Positions 29,563 to 38,872 of a stretch of 64,000 nt of DNA are shown piece after piece; position 1 is the first letter of the stretch; every line of letters starts with the position of its first letter. Source of the DNA: Acidobacteriota bacterium (GTDB lineage: Bacteria > Acidobacteriota > Terriglobia > UBA7540); assembly GCA_021838785.1 (NCBI GenBank), contig JAKCCV010000004.1, positions 83,537 to 147,536 on the forward strand, given 5' to 3'. Made by a program: the position numbers and the translations under genes. The notes beneath the pieces are model-generated. The model was not told where the DNA came from. It saw only the letters and a list, made by a program, of their open reading frames with translations, and ran no database searches.

Positions 29563-30019
29563 TGTCGAAATGCCTCAGAACCTCAACCATGTAGTCAATT
29601 CTGGAATCAAAATTGTCCGGCAGGGTGCTCTGGAAGCCTTCTTTCGTGACCCGGCTGGTGTCCTTTGGCACGCTCACGCCCAGCGGATTATTGTCCGCCA
29701 GCCCGGCCAAGTACCAGCTTTCGATCTCGCTCACGACGACGAGGACGTGGTGGGTGTCCAGCCCACGGAACCTCTGTGACAGGCTCTCTTTTTTCTTTGT
29801 GGGGCACGGGTGCGAGTTGATGTCCGCAAGGAGAAAATAATCGGCACCCATCGCCTTAACGCTTCGCAGGAAGGAGTCCACCTTCTCATTCTTTTGCCGC
29901 GCATACTTCCAGATTTCGATGCAGTCGTAGCGCGAACTGAGTCCGGGGATGGCGATGCGCTCCACAAACCGCTCATCGTCATCGCCTTCGACCAGCAGAA
30001 AAAGTCTTTTGTGGGGCAT
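29492..30019 (-). CDS. small Toprim-like protein (DUF4276/DUF4435-like)
   Basis: N-terminal LFLLVEGDDDERFVERI (OLD-type Toprim VEGxxD motif), then YFLLADINS and VVVSEIESWYLAGL acidic motifs. Starts 1 nt after the stop of the upstream ATPase gene. Confidence 0.6.
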   Translation of the reverse strand: MPHKRLFLLVEGDDDERFVERIAIPGLSSRYDCIEIWKYARQKNEKVDSFLRSVKAMGADYFLLADINSHPCPTKKKESLSQRFRGLDTHHVLVVVSEIESWYLAGLADNNPLGVSVPKDTSRVTKEGFQSTLPDNFDSRIDYMVEVLRHFDINTATRRNSSFEYFARRCGLRSP

Positions 30020-30020
30020 T

Positions 30021-31283
30021 TCAGGCGTGAAGCAGGTTCTGAGCGAACAACTCGTCGAGGCCCATCTCGTTCCTGAGAAAAACCTTCACGTCTTCTCTCT
30101 CCGCCGGGCGGGTGATCGTGGAAAAGCCTTCCGCGTCCCTCGAAACCAAGAGCACGTCTTCGATATCGGCGCTTCTGACAACCTCGGGGTTATGGGTCGT
30201 GACGATAATCTGCTTGTGCCGCGAAGCGTCTTTCATCATTTTAACCACGCGCGAGATCAGGTGCGGATGAATGTTGCGCTCCGGCTCCTCGATGACGGCA
30301 ACGGGCTTCCGCTCGAAGTAGAGTGCAACAATGAGCGCAGTGACGTTGAGGGTCCCGTCGGAGAGCAGCGAAGCAGGGAGAGACTTCTTCTTCGTGTAGG
30401 TCTCCTTCAGGCTGAAAAGGAGCGATTTGTCGGCAAATCTCTCGACGTCCAAGCTGGCCACGAATGGGAGCAGGTCTTGTAAGAGGTTGGCGAGCTTCCG
30501 CTTGCTGGTACCGTCCTCATTGATTTTCCTGAGAACAATTGCCAGGTTGTTGCCATCCTCTTCCAGTTCTGCCTTGCCCGTAATGGGCGTAGCCTTCTTG
30601 GGGAGCTTAGGATCGAAGTCGTAGATCGCAGCGTCCCTCAGGGAAGGACCAGCGCGGAATAGACTTAGTTCCATGATTAGCGACCGGCGCGGGACGTTTG
30701 GCGGCGCGAACCAGGGGGCGATCTCGTACTGCTCCAAGGTCACGCCCTGGGGCGGCTTGAGTTCCGCGCTCACCTTTTCCCCATCCCTCGTGACGAGCAC
30801 CTCGCCCTTGCCATGGCGTTGCCCGGGTTTGGCCCCTCGGTCCCCCGGCCCGACGGCAACGAAGTTGCCTTTGACTGATAACCGCTCGTCCACGACCTCA
30901 AACGCTTCTCTCCGTTTTCCAGTGGCAAGCGAGAAGCTGTGCGCGATTTCCGCGTCCGCCAGACCGATATAAATGTCCCGGGCTTTGGACCTTGCGACCA
31001 CCTCCACATCAGTCCGTCCAGACCCTGCGACCTCAACGTTGAGATTCTCTCCGGCTCCGATGTTGAGGTTCGTCAGGTACTCGGGGCCGCCCTGCATCTG
31101 GATCGCGTTGTTCAAGCCGTGGCGCTGAATATCCCGAAGGAACTCGATGATGCGGATAAAGTTCGACTTTCCGGAGGCGTTCGCCCCGATCAAGACGTTG
31201 AAGTCACCCAGGCGGACTTCCACGTCCTTGAAGCTCTTGAAGTTCTTAACCCGGATTGTCTTGATGGCCATCCGGCTCCCCAC
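30021..31283 (-). CDS. ABC/SMC-like ATPase (AAA_15/AAA_21 type)
   Basis: IRVKNFKSFKD...VLIGANASGKSNF (Walker A). LSDGTLNV (signature). PVAVIEEPERNIHPHL (Walker B/D-loop). IIVTTHNPEV (H-loop). An alternative ATG at 31271 (MAIKTIRV) is equally plausible. Confidence 0.85.
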   Translation of the reverse strand: MGSRMAIKTIRVKNFKSFKDVEVRLGDFNVLIGANASGKSNFIRIIEFLRDIQRHGLNNAIQMQGGPEYLTNLNIGAGENLNVEVAGSGRTDVEVVARSKARDIYIGLADAEIAHSFSLATGKRREAFEVVDERLSVKGNFVAVGPGDRGAKPGQRHGKGEVLVTRDGEKVSAELKPPQGVTLEQYEIAPWFAPPNVPRRSLIMELSLFRAGPSLRDAAIYDFDPKLPKKATPITGKAELEEDGNNLAIVLRKINEDGTSKRKLANLLQDLLPFVASLDVERFADKSLLFSLKETYTKKKSLPASLLSDGTLNVTALIVALYFERKPVAVIEEPERNIHPHLISRVVKMMKDASRHKQIIVTTHNPEVVRSADIEDVLLVSRDAEGFSTITRPAEREDVKVFLRNEMGLDELFAQNLLHA

Positions 31284-31380
31284 CTACCGAAGGCGATTTT
31301 ACCAAAGAATTGCTGCTCCTGCTGCCGCATTCTCGGGTCAAGGCGGGGGGCGGTCCAGCGGCCCGAGGGGGCGGGCCTCG

Positions 31381-32565
31381 TTAGATGATTCTCAGTTTTT
31401 TGCCGACCTCTTCGAGAATGGCGAGGGCGCGGGTGAGCTCCTCGCGCGTGTGCGTGGCGGTGACGATGGTGCGGATGCGGGCTTTGCCGTGCGGGACGGT
31501 GGGAAAACCGATGCTCTGGGCGAAAACGCCCTGCTGGAAAAGCTGGCGGGAAAATTCATGCGCGAGCGCGGCGTCGCCGACGATGACGGGTGTAATCGGC
31601 GTTTCGCTCATGCCGGTGTTGAAGCCGAGCTTTTTGAGGCCCTCCTTGAAGAACCGCGTGTTTGCCCAAAGTTGCTCGATAAGCTGCGGCTCTTCTTCCA
31701 GAACTTCAAACGCGGCGAGGCACGTGGCGGCGACGGAGGGCGGATGGGAAGTGGAAAACAGGAACGGGCGGGCGCGATGGTAAAGGAATTCGATGGTGTC
31801 GCGGGTTGAGCCGACGTAGCCGCCGAGCGCGCCGATGGCCTTCGACAGCGTGCCGACCTGGATATCCACGCGGCCGTGCAGATTGAAGTGGTCCACGGTG
31901 CCGCGGCCGTTCTTGCCGAGGACGCCCGAAGCGTGAGCGTCATCGAGCATCATGATGCAGCCGTACTTTTCCGCCAGCGCCGCGAGCTCGGGCAAAGGCG
32001 CGATGTCGCCGTCCATTGAGAAAACGCCGTCGGTGATGAGCAGCTTGCGGCCGGGGCGCGCGGCGACCTCTTGGAGGATCTTTTCGCAGGCCTCCACGTC
32101 CTTGTGGGGGAAAACCTTGATTTCAGCGCGCGAGAGCCGACAGCCGTCAATGATGGAGGCGTGGTTGAGCTCGTCGGAGATGATGACGTCTTCGCGGCCC
32201 AAAATGGCGGCGACCGTCCCGGCATTGGCGGCGAAGCCGGACTGAAAAACCACCGAGGCTTCAACCTGCTTAAAGCGGGCAATCTTTTCCTCCAGTGCCA
32301 TGTGAATCGTCATCGTGCCGGCGATGGTGCGGACAGCTCCGGAGCCGACGCCGTAGCGCTCGATGGCTTCAATGGCGCGCGCTTTGAGTTTGGGATGCGT
32401 CGTCAGCCCGAGGTAATTGTTGGAAGAAAGATTGATGACCTCGCGGCCGTCAAAACGGGCAACGGGAAGCTGCTCGCCTTCGAGCACGCGGAGCTTCCGA
32501 TAGAGCTTTTGGTCGCGGAACTTGTTGAGCTCATCGGTCAGGTATTGGAGCTGGGCTCTGGGCAT
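31381..32565 (-). CDS. kbl: glycine C-acetyltransferase (2-amino-3-ketobutyrate CoA ligase)
   Basis: [48 protein letters not shown] (PLP lysine). Class II aminotransferase alpha-oxoamine synthase fold. BioF cannot be fully excluded. Confidence 0.85.
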   Translation of the reverse strand: MPRAQLQYLTDELNKFRDQKLYRKLRVLEGEQLPVARFDGREVINLSSNNYLGLTTHPKLKARAIEAIERYGVGSGAVRTIAGTMTIHMALEEKIARFKQVEASVVFQSGFAANAGTVAAILGREDVIISDELNHASIIDGCRLSRAEIKVFPHKDVEACEKILQEVAARPGRKLLITDGVFSMDGDIAPLPELAALAEKYGCIMMLDDAHASGVLGKNGRGTVDHFNLHGRVDIQVGTLSKAIGALGGYVGSTRDTIEFLYHRARPFLFSTSHPPSVAATCLAAFEVLEEEPQLIEQLWANTRFFKEGLKKLGFNTGMSETPITPVIVGDAALAHEFSRQLFQQGVFAQSIGFPTVPHGKARIRTIVTATHTREELTRALAILEEVGKKLRII

Positions 32566-32745
32566 GGGTCACGCGCGCCCGCGCTGGCACGACGCTCGTG
32601 CGCGGCGTGGCGAAGAAGCCATGATACCACGGCCCGCGTGCGTGAGCGATACTCAGCCTGCGACGTCGGCCCGCGCAGTGGGACGCAGGTCCCTGAGTGC
32701 GGGTGGAAACCGCCTTGCGCCGTCCACACTGTCTGATTATGATAG

Positions 32746-33675
32746 GTGCCGATGACTGCGCGCGTAATCAACGTCGCCTCGGTTCCGCATCGCAGTCCCT
32801 TCAGATATCCCGGCGGCAAAACCTGGCTGGTCCCCTACGTCCGGCAGTGGATCCGTAGCCTCCCACATCGCCCCCTCGAGTTTGCCGAGCCGTTCGCCGG
32901 AGGCGGGATCGTGGGGCTTTCGGTTCTATTCGATGGCTTGGCGGAAAAGCTCACGCTCGTCGAAATCGACGAGGATGTCGCTTCGGTCTGGAAAACCATC
33001 CTCAGCGCTCAAGGGAGCCGTCTGGCGTCCGAAATCATCTCCTTCAGACCATCTGAAGAGTCCGTGCGGTCGTGCCTCTCCCGTACGCCGAAAAGTCAGT
33101 TTGACCGTGCCCTGCAGACGATCGTCCGCAACCGCGTCCAGCGGGGTGGGATTATGGCCCCCGGAGCGAGTCTTATGAGGCGAGGAGAGAATGGGCGGGG
33201 GGTCGCCTCTCGCTGGTACCCAGAGACCTTGGCGCGGCGTATCCTGGCCATTTTCGAGAACAGGCATCGCATTCGGTTCCGGCTGGAGGACGGAATTCAG
33301 TTCATCCACGAGAATGCTAACCGCGAGGACCTGGCATTCTTCATCGACCCGCCTTACACTGTGGCGGGCCGGAGACTGTACCTACACTCCCAGATTGACC
33401 ATGAAAGGCTCTTCGGCGAGGTCGCCAACCTAAGGGGGGAGTTTCTGATGACCTACGACGATGCCGGGCCGATTCGAGCACTGGCTTCACGGTTTCGGCT
33501 CGACACGCACGCCATCCCCATGAAGAACACGCACCACAGGGTCATGACGGAGCTGTTAGTGGGGCGCGACCTTGGGTGGGCCAGAAAGCCGCTCCAGCTT
33601 GTCCAGAATGCGCTTTTCGAAGACCTCCAGGCTTACGGGAGTGCCGGCCGTGAGGCCCTCAACCGAATCTGCTAG
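32746..33675 (+). CDS. Dam-type (D12 class) N6-adenine DNA methyltransferase
   Basis: PFRYPGGKTWL, AEPFAGGG (motif I), FFIDPPYT (motif IV). GTG 32746 or ATG 32752 start. The last ~35 residues look like a non-conserved tail. Confidence 0.85.
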   Translation: MPMTARVINVASVPHRSPFRYPGGKTWLVPYVRQWIRSLPHRPLEFAEPFAGGGIVGLSVLFDGLAEKLTLVEIDEDVASVWKTILSAQGSRLASEIISFRPSEESVRSCLSRTPKSQFDRALQTIVRNRVQRGGIMAPGASLMRRGENGRGVASRWYPETLARRILAIFENRHRIRFRLEDGIQFIHENANREDLAFFIDPPYTVAGRRLYLHSQIDHERLFGEVANLRGEFLMTYDDAGPIRALASRFRLDTHAIPMKNTHHRVMTELLVGRDLGWARKPLQLVQNALFEDLQAYGSAGREALNRIC

Positions 33676-34497
33676 CGTGGTAAAGTGGACTCGGTCCCGC
33701 TCGAGTTGAAAGTTGCCCGCCTCGCGCTCGCTGTACCTTACGACAAACCAAGCGACATCGCAATTTGTGATATGCGGAACGGTTCGCATCTTGCCCATGG
33801 CTAGAAAGAAGGCGCGGTCCACGACCACGGCCATCTTCTTCCCCCACCGGCTCAGAGTTGGGACCTTAATCTGCAACTGCGGCATCAATCTTTTTGGACC
33901 GCTGCTGCGATAATCGGGCCGCCGCAGAACATGCGGGAATGGGAGGCTGTCCGCGGTGTGGCTTCGGATTACCTCGAAGTCGTTTGTTATGGCGAGGCCT
34001 TGAAAGTAAACTGCTTGGACCTCGACAGCGCACCACAAGAGCGGGCTGCTCTTCGGAACCACCAAAATTCTGTCAATGCGGCCCACGGCCTTGGCCTTTG
34101 GCGATAGCGGCGATTCCAGAAAGCCGATCTCACCGACTACGGTCGGCTCGCTCGTGCCAAGGATTGTTTCCCCGACCCAGCCGTAGATCATCTGGTCTTC
34201 CTCGAAGCGCGCCGGACACACTGTGCGTAATTGCCCATCTTCGCCGCCCACCGGCGTGACGAGACCGGTTTCAAGCGATTTCTGATACAGGCGCAGGGAG
34301 CAGACGCCACCTACCTTGTTGCAGTCAGCTCCCTTCTGAAATGGACAGGGCGTCGCAGGCCGTTGGGCTTTTGGAAGGCATTCGATGCGCGCACGGTTGC
34401 GGCGTTCCGCCACGGTCATCGAGGTGAGCGGCACGCCATACCACTCGCCGATTCCGAACCTTAGCTGCGCGGCCTTTGGCTTGACGGGCTTCGGCAC
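33556..34497 (-). CDS. NotI-family-like restriction endonuclease
   Basis: FGIGEWYG, Cys cluster CPFQKGADCNKVGGVCSL...CPARF (NotI-type Cys4 metal site), WCAVEVQAVYFQG (compare NotI LEIQTMDFHGS) and PDYRSSGPKRLMPQLQIKVPTL. GTG start at 34497 is inferred and uncertain. Confidence 0.6.
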   Translation of the reverse strand: MPKPVKPKAAQLRFGIGEWYGVPLTSMTVAERRNRARIECLPKAQRPATPCPFQKGADCNKVGGVCSLRLYQKSLETGLVTPVGGEDGQLRTVCPARFEEDQMIYGWVGETILGTSEPTVVGEIGFLESPLSPKAKAVGRIDRILVVPKSSPLLWCAVEVQAVYFQGLAITNDFEVIRSHTADSLPFPHVLRRPDYRSSGPKRLMPQLQIKVPTLSRWGKKMAVVVDRAFFLAMGKMRTVPHITNCDVAWFVVRYSEREAGNFQLERDRVHFTTLADSVEGLTAGTPVSLEVFEKRILDKLERLSGPPKVAPH

Positions 34498-34582
34498 GGG
34501 CCTCCATGCTATCGCGGGAGGGTGAGAAAACAAAAATACTGGGCGCCCAGCGTGGAAATTCGAATCGCCTTGCCCATGGACC

Positions 34583-35065
34583 CTACTGCAGCTTGCGGCG
34601 GACTTTTTCGAGGCCCTCTTTGGCGAGCGTGTAATCGGGGCAAAGCTTGAGGGCCTGCTCGAAGTGCCAGCGCGCCTTGCCGAGCATTTCCTTGGCCGTA
34701 TAAACACGACCCAGGTTGTAATGCGGGAAGTGGTAGGACTCATAGCGCCTGGACTGGAGCGCGCGCTCGAGCCAGGGAATGGCGGCGTCGTACTGGCCTC
34801 TTTCGATCAGATAGGCGCCGATATCGTTGTAGGGATTGCCGAATTCGGGATCAATCTGGATAGCTTTCTTGCACTCGGCGATGGCGTCCTCCACCCTGCC
34901 CTGGTAATGATAGGCCCAGCCGAGGAAAGTGTAAGCCTCGGCGGTGGGATGGAGGTCGAGGGAGCGCTTGTAGAGCTCGACGGCCATCTCATAGTCGCCG
35001 CCCACCTGGTATTGGTAGGCTTCCTTAAACAATTCCCACGCTGACTGCAACTCTTCGGACGCCAT
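34583..35065 (-). CDS. TPR repeat protein
   Basis: Four or more TPR units (YEMAVELYKRSLDLHPTAEAYTFLGWAY..., AIAECKKAIQIDPEFGNPYNDIGAY...). Confidence 0.8.
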   Translation of the reverse strand: MASEELQSAWELFKEAYQYQVGGDYEMAVELYKRSLDLHPTAEAYTFLGWAYHYQGRVEDAIAECKKAIQIDPEFGNPYNDIGAYLIERGQYDAAIPWLERALQSRRYESYHFPHYNLGRVYTAKEMLGKARWHFEQALKLCPDYTLAKEGLEKVRRKLQ

Positions 35066-35754
35066 CCCGCACCCTCTCGCTATCCAACTCTCTAACTAAC
35101 ACAGTGGCCGTCACTGTGTCAATTGGCGCAGCTTGCGCCTGTCAAAGCTCTCTTAAAATGTCCCCTTGCTTACCTCGTTAAGAATGTCCCCTTTTCTGCT
35201 TTGGTTTTTTCTCCGTCGTGGGTAGGTCCCGGAGCGGAGCCCTGCCAGCCCGAAGGGCGAGCGCTTAGGGCGAAGCGCAGGGCAAGGCCAACGACGACCG
35301 CGTCGCAACCGCCGCCCCGCCCAACTCCTGCCTCTCGGCAACTCGGCGGGCGGACTGGCGCCTATCTCCTCATGGAATCAGGAAATCCTGAAACCGCCGC
35401 AGCCTCTTTGGATGAGTTGAGAGGGCGGCTCAAGTCTGCTATCCTCGGCTTTGCATCTTGGCAGGGGCTGCATTCAATGAGCAGCGGCGCGGCCTCTCGA
35501 TTCAAGGCAACAAGCGCTAAGCCTTATGGCTCGCGCGAGCAGTGGCAAGCTGGGAGTTGACCACGGGTTGAGCTACCTGCGGAGAATGCCCGGACTGCCC
35601 GGACGTCGCCTCAGGAAGTTCGCGGCAGGCGCCAGCAGAGGGTCAAACGGTCCGCCGGCCGCTGCAAGGAGAAATTGCCCCGAGCATGAGCAAGGCTCAG
35701 CCGAGCTTTCTGACAGCATGAATGCCCGCGCTTGACGGCTCCCCAGGAGAACGG

Positions 35755-36420
35755 ATGCTCACGGACGACACACTCAAAGCTTTGGTGGAGGCCATTATTT
35801 ATGTTGCTCCTGAGCCGGTGTCGCTGGATGCTCTTAGCCGGGCCTTAGAAGGGGAGTCGCGGGAGCGAATCAAGGCTAAGCTCTACGAGTTGATGAACGA
35901 TTACGCTTGGCCGCATCACGGCATCCACATCCGCGAGGTGGCGGGGGGGTATCAGCTTTCCACCAAGCCGGAGCACCACGAGGTGCTTCGCCAATTTGTC
36001 AAAAGCCTCAAGCCGCCTCTGCGGCTTTCCAAGCCGGCGCTTGAGACTTTGGCCGTCATTGCCTATCGCCAGCCCGTCACCGTGCCGGAAATCAATGAGA
36101 TTCGCGGCGTGGATTCCGGTGGCGTCATCCACACGCTGATGGAAAGAAAGCTGGTGGTGACGGCCGGACGGAAAAGTGTTGTTGGACGGCCCATCCTCTA
36201 CCGCACGTCGCGCGATTTCATGATTCATTTTGGCCTCAAAGACATCAGCGAGTTGCCGAGCCTAAAGGAATTTGAGGAGTTGGCTCGCCAGGCGCTTGGG
36301 CCGGAGGTCTTGGCCGCCGAAACACTGCCCGCGCCAGAAGTCGAAGCCGCGCCGACGCCGGAAGCACCTGACCCACCCTCCTCTGTGGAGCCCGCGGAAG
36401 GCCCCAAAGAATCGTCTTGA
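35755..36420 (+). CDS. scpB: segregation and condensation protein B
   Basis: LKALVEAIIYVAPEPVSLDAL, GGYQLSTKPE, LSKPALETLAVIAYRQPVTVPEINEIRGVDSGGV, GRPILYRTSRDF. ATG at 35755 preceded by AGGAGA. No scpA is adjacent. Confidence 0.9.
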   Translation: MLTDDTLKALVEAIIYVAPEPVSLDALSRALEGESRERIKAKLYELMNDYAWPHHGIHIREVAGGYQLSTKPEHHEVLRQFVKSLKPPLRLSKPALETLAVIAYRQPVTVPEINEIRGVDSGGVIHTLMERKLVVTAGRKSVVGRPILYRTSRDFMIHFGLKDISELPSLKEFEELARQALGPEVLAAETLPAPEVEAAPTPEAPDPPSSVEPAEGPKESS

Positions 36421-36614
36421 TAGGGCGCCAAGTCGGCTCGGAATCGGCCTGCGCCGTCGGGCCCAAAGGCTGAGGGCAGATCAACCATTGTGCCCGGGGC
36501 GTAAGGCAGGCCCCGCCCAGAGACCCGCGAGACTTCAAGGGAAGGTTTTTCGTGCTAGCCGGGTCGCCGCAACCCGAACATGGAACGCCGGGATAGCCAG
36601 GCGGGGAGGCCGCG

Positions 36615-37640
36615 ATGGGCTCTAGGTTTTCTCAGCGAAAAAAGAACCGCTGTGCTTTGGTCGTAGGGTTGCTGGGCTTAGTGGGGCTTGGACGAGGCGG
36701 CATCTTGGCCGCTTCGCTGCCGCTCCACCTGCTTCGTGACGTGCGGCTTCCGGGGCGCGCCACCCGTTTTGACTATGAAAGTTACGACCCAAAATCCCAT
36801 TTGCTTTTTATCGCCCATCTTGGCGACAGTTCCGTCCTGGCCTTCGATACACGTCGCGGGACCTTGGCGGCCACGATTCCCGGGGTTGCGAAGGTTCACG
36901 GCGTGTTGGCCGTTTCTCCTCTCGGCCGTGTGTACGCTTCAGCCACGGGAATGGACCGTGTTGTGGCGATTGACGAGCGGACGTTCCGTATTCTCGCCGA
37001 GATGCCGGGCGGGCATTATCCGGATGGTTTGGCCTTTGATCCGATGCTGCACGAGCTATTCGTCTCCGATGAATTGGGCCGTACCGACACCGTGATTGAC
37101 ACGCACAGCGAGCGCCGCCTCGCCACCATTCCCCTCGGCGGAGAAGCGGGCAATACTCAGTTTGATCCGGTCTCCGGCCGCATGTACGTGGATGTGCAAA
37201 CCCTTAACCGGCTCGTTGCCATAGATCCGAAAACGTGGGCCTTGACAGGGAGCTATGCCTTGCCCGGTTGCGTGCATGATCATGGCTTGTATATTGATAG
37301 CCCCCATTGGCTGGCTTTCATTGCGTGCGACGGCAACGCCAAGCTGCTCAGTTTTGATCTGAATACAATGAAAGTGACGGGAATCCACTCGGTGGGCCGA
37401 TACCCTGACGTATTGGCGTTCGACCCCAGCCTCGACCGGCTCTACGTGGCAAGCGAAAGCGGAGTCGTGGCGGCGTTCCAGGAAAAGGGACGAGGGGTGG
37501 TCAAGCTCGGAGAGGCTTACCTCGCCTTCGAGGCGCATTCGGTGGCGGTGGATGCCGAGCACCGAGTGTACTTTCCTCTCCAGGACCTAAACGGGCACCC
37601 TGTTCTTCGCATCATGGCACCCACGGAGATCAGCCATTAA
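36615..37640 (+). CDS. YVTN/YncE-like beta-propeller repeat protein
   Basis: Signal peptide and repeated ~40-aa units (RVYASATGMDRVVAIDERTFRILAEMP, ELFVSDELGRTDTVIDTHSERRLATIP, RMYVDVQTLNRLVAIDPKTW). Confidence 0.7.
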   Translation: MGSRFSQRKKNRCALVVGLLGLVGLGRGGILAASLPLHLLRDVRLPGRATRFDYESYDPKSHLLFIAHLGDSSVLAFDTRRGTLAATIPGVAKVHGVLAVSPLGRVYASATGMDRVVAIDERTFRILAEMPGGHYPDGLAFDPMLHELFVSDELGRTDTVIDTHSERRLATIPLGGEAGNTQFDPVSGRMYVDVQTLNRLVAIDPKTWALTGSYALPGCVHDHGLYIDSPHWLAFIACDGNAKLLSFDLNTMKVTGIHSVGRYPDVLAFDPSLDRLYVASESGVVAAFQEKGRGVVKLGEAYLAFEAHSVAVDAEHRVYFPLQDLNGHPVLRIMAPTEISH

Positions 37641-37805
37641 GCGCCTCCCTTAACAGCCTTGTTCACCGCGAAAGCCTCTTCGGCAGCGCTCACGAGTGGG
37701 CGGCGGAAGGGGCGGCTCGCGCGGTGGCTCGAGCCGAACAACCCAAGGCATGCCAGCTTTTTACCCCGAAACCACTTTGGGATACAGTGAAGCTAGCGTC
37801 TCTAC

Positions 37806-38618
37806 TCAGGCTGCTGGCCCTCGGTTGAGGTTGCGGGACAGCATCAACTTGAGTGTGATTTTGTCAGACCCAGGAGTCAGGCCAAAACCAATGCCGGCTT
37901 CAACGTCCACGCCGAGGAAGTTGCTGCTGTAATGGTCCATCACGGCCCAGATTTCGTGAAATTGCTGGTCGTAAGGGAGGAAGCCGCGCAATGGGCCGAA
38001 GCCATCGTATTCTTCAGCCGCAATGGCCCACCTGGCGTTCCAGTGATAAGCAATCCGACCGGCCGGATTATATTCAAGATTGCCGAGGCCACCAGCGTAG
38101 TCCGTATCCACGATCGGATTGTAAATCAAATGCACTCGATTCAGATTCAGCCCCACGATGGGCCTGATCTCGGAGGTGATGGGTCTGGACTCCCAGTAGT
38201 CGGCATTGACGCTAAATTCAAAATTCACTCCGTAGAAAAACTTATGTTCTTGGGCGTGGGGTCGAACGAAGAGTTCACGAATTTTGAAACCGTTAATCGT
38301 TGCGCCGCGCCTTTTCGAGTAGAGGGTGTACACCGGAAGATAAAGTCCCTGCTCAAACCAGGGTGTCACGCCATAAGCCCACTCGGCCGTGCCATTGACC
38401 GAATCGTCCGCAATGATGGCACCGGGAAAAGCCGGGGTTTCCCGGCCAACCGGCGTGAAGTTGGTATGAACCATCAAATTGAATACGCCTGGAGGCTCAA
38501 TGACCGCGTTATAGACCTGAATCTCATCGGTCTGCGCCAAGGCCAAGGCAGGAGCCATCAGCAGACTCATGAAAATCAGCGCCAAGGCGCGCCGAGAAAT
38601 TCCCTGAACCGGTTTCAT
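37806..38618 (-). CDS. outer-membrane beta-barrel protein (MetA-pathway/transporter-like family)
   Basis: Signal peptide MKPVQGISRRALALIFMSLLMAPALALAQ, DEIQVYNA start, alternating beta-strand pattern. The family call is tentative. Confidence 0.55.
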   Translation of the reverse strand: MKPVQGISRRALALIFMSLLMAPALALAQTDEIQVYNAVIEPPGVFNLMVHTNFTPVGRETPAFPGAIIADDSVNGTAEWAYGVTPWFEQGLYLPVYTLYSKRRGATINGFKIRELFVRPHAQEHKFFYGVNFEFSVNADYWESRPITSEIRPIVGLNLNRVHLIYNPIVDTDYAGGLGNLEYNPAGRIAYHWNARWAIAAEEYDGFGPLRGFLPYDQQFHEIWAVMDHYSSNFLGVDVEAGIGFGLTPGSDKITLKLMLSRNLNRGPAA

Positions 38619-38872
38619 GTGTATCCCCCCAGCAGCATGTCCCTTCCAAAGCTCAGACAAACACCCGACCGCATCTCGTACCGAAATCTCTGTTACCCTA
38701 GGCCCGCTGCATCGAGAGGGTTCGGATCTGCCGAAGCATCTCGACCGTCTCGCGCGCTGACCGCTTTCCTAACAATCCGAGTGGCACACTTCCTTAAGAC
38801 GCCGGTAATATACCCCTTTTTCAGGGCAACGGCCAGATGGGTTTTGTGCGGCGCGCATGGGTTAGGTAACAG

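Noticed and set aside
28612-31380. A direct repeat of the tRNA-Phe 3' end, and an integrase, that would define a classical tRNA-inserted genomic island.
   Set aside because: I found no copy of the tRNA 3' segment and no tyrosine or serine recombinase-like ORF in the interval. The island boundary therefore remains an inference only.
31284-31380. Promoter for the ATPase/Toprim operon (extended -10-like TGGTAAAAT on the minus strand) and a kbl terminator hairpin (ggcccg…cgggcc).
   Set aside because: There is no convincing -35 element. The hairpin is short and has no U-tract. Both are too weak to list as features.
35066-35754. ~690-bp gap between the TPR gene and scpB, including the 145-aa ORF 35123-35560(+). 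Considered a missing scpA or an ncRNA (SRP, RNase P, tmRNA, 6S).
   Set aside because: The ORF is low-complexity (Pro/Ala/Arg-rich) with no RBS and no ScpA motifs. I saw no SRP domain IV, RNase P or tmRNA signature sequences. The region is left unannotated; an Rfam scan is needed.
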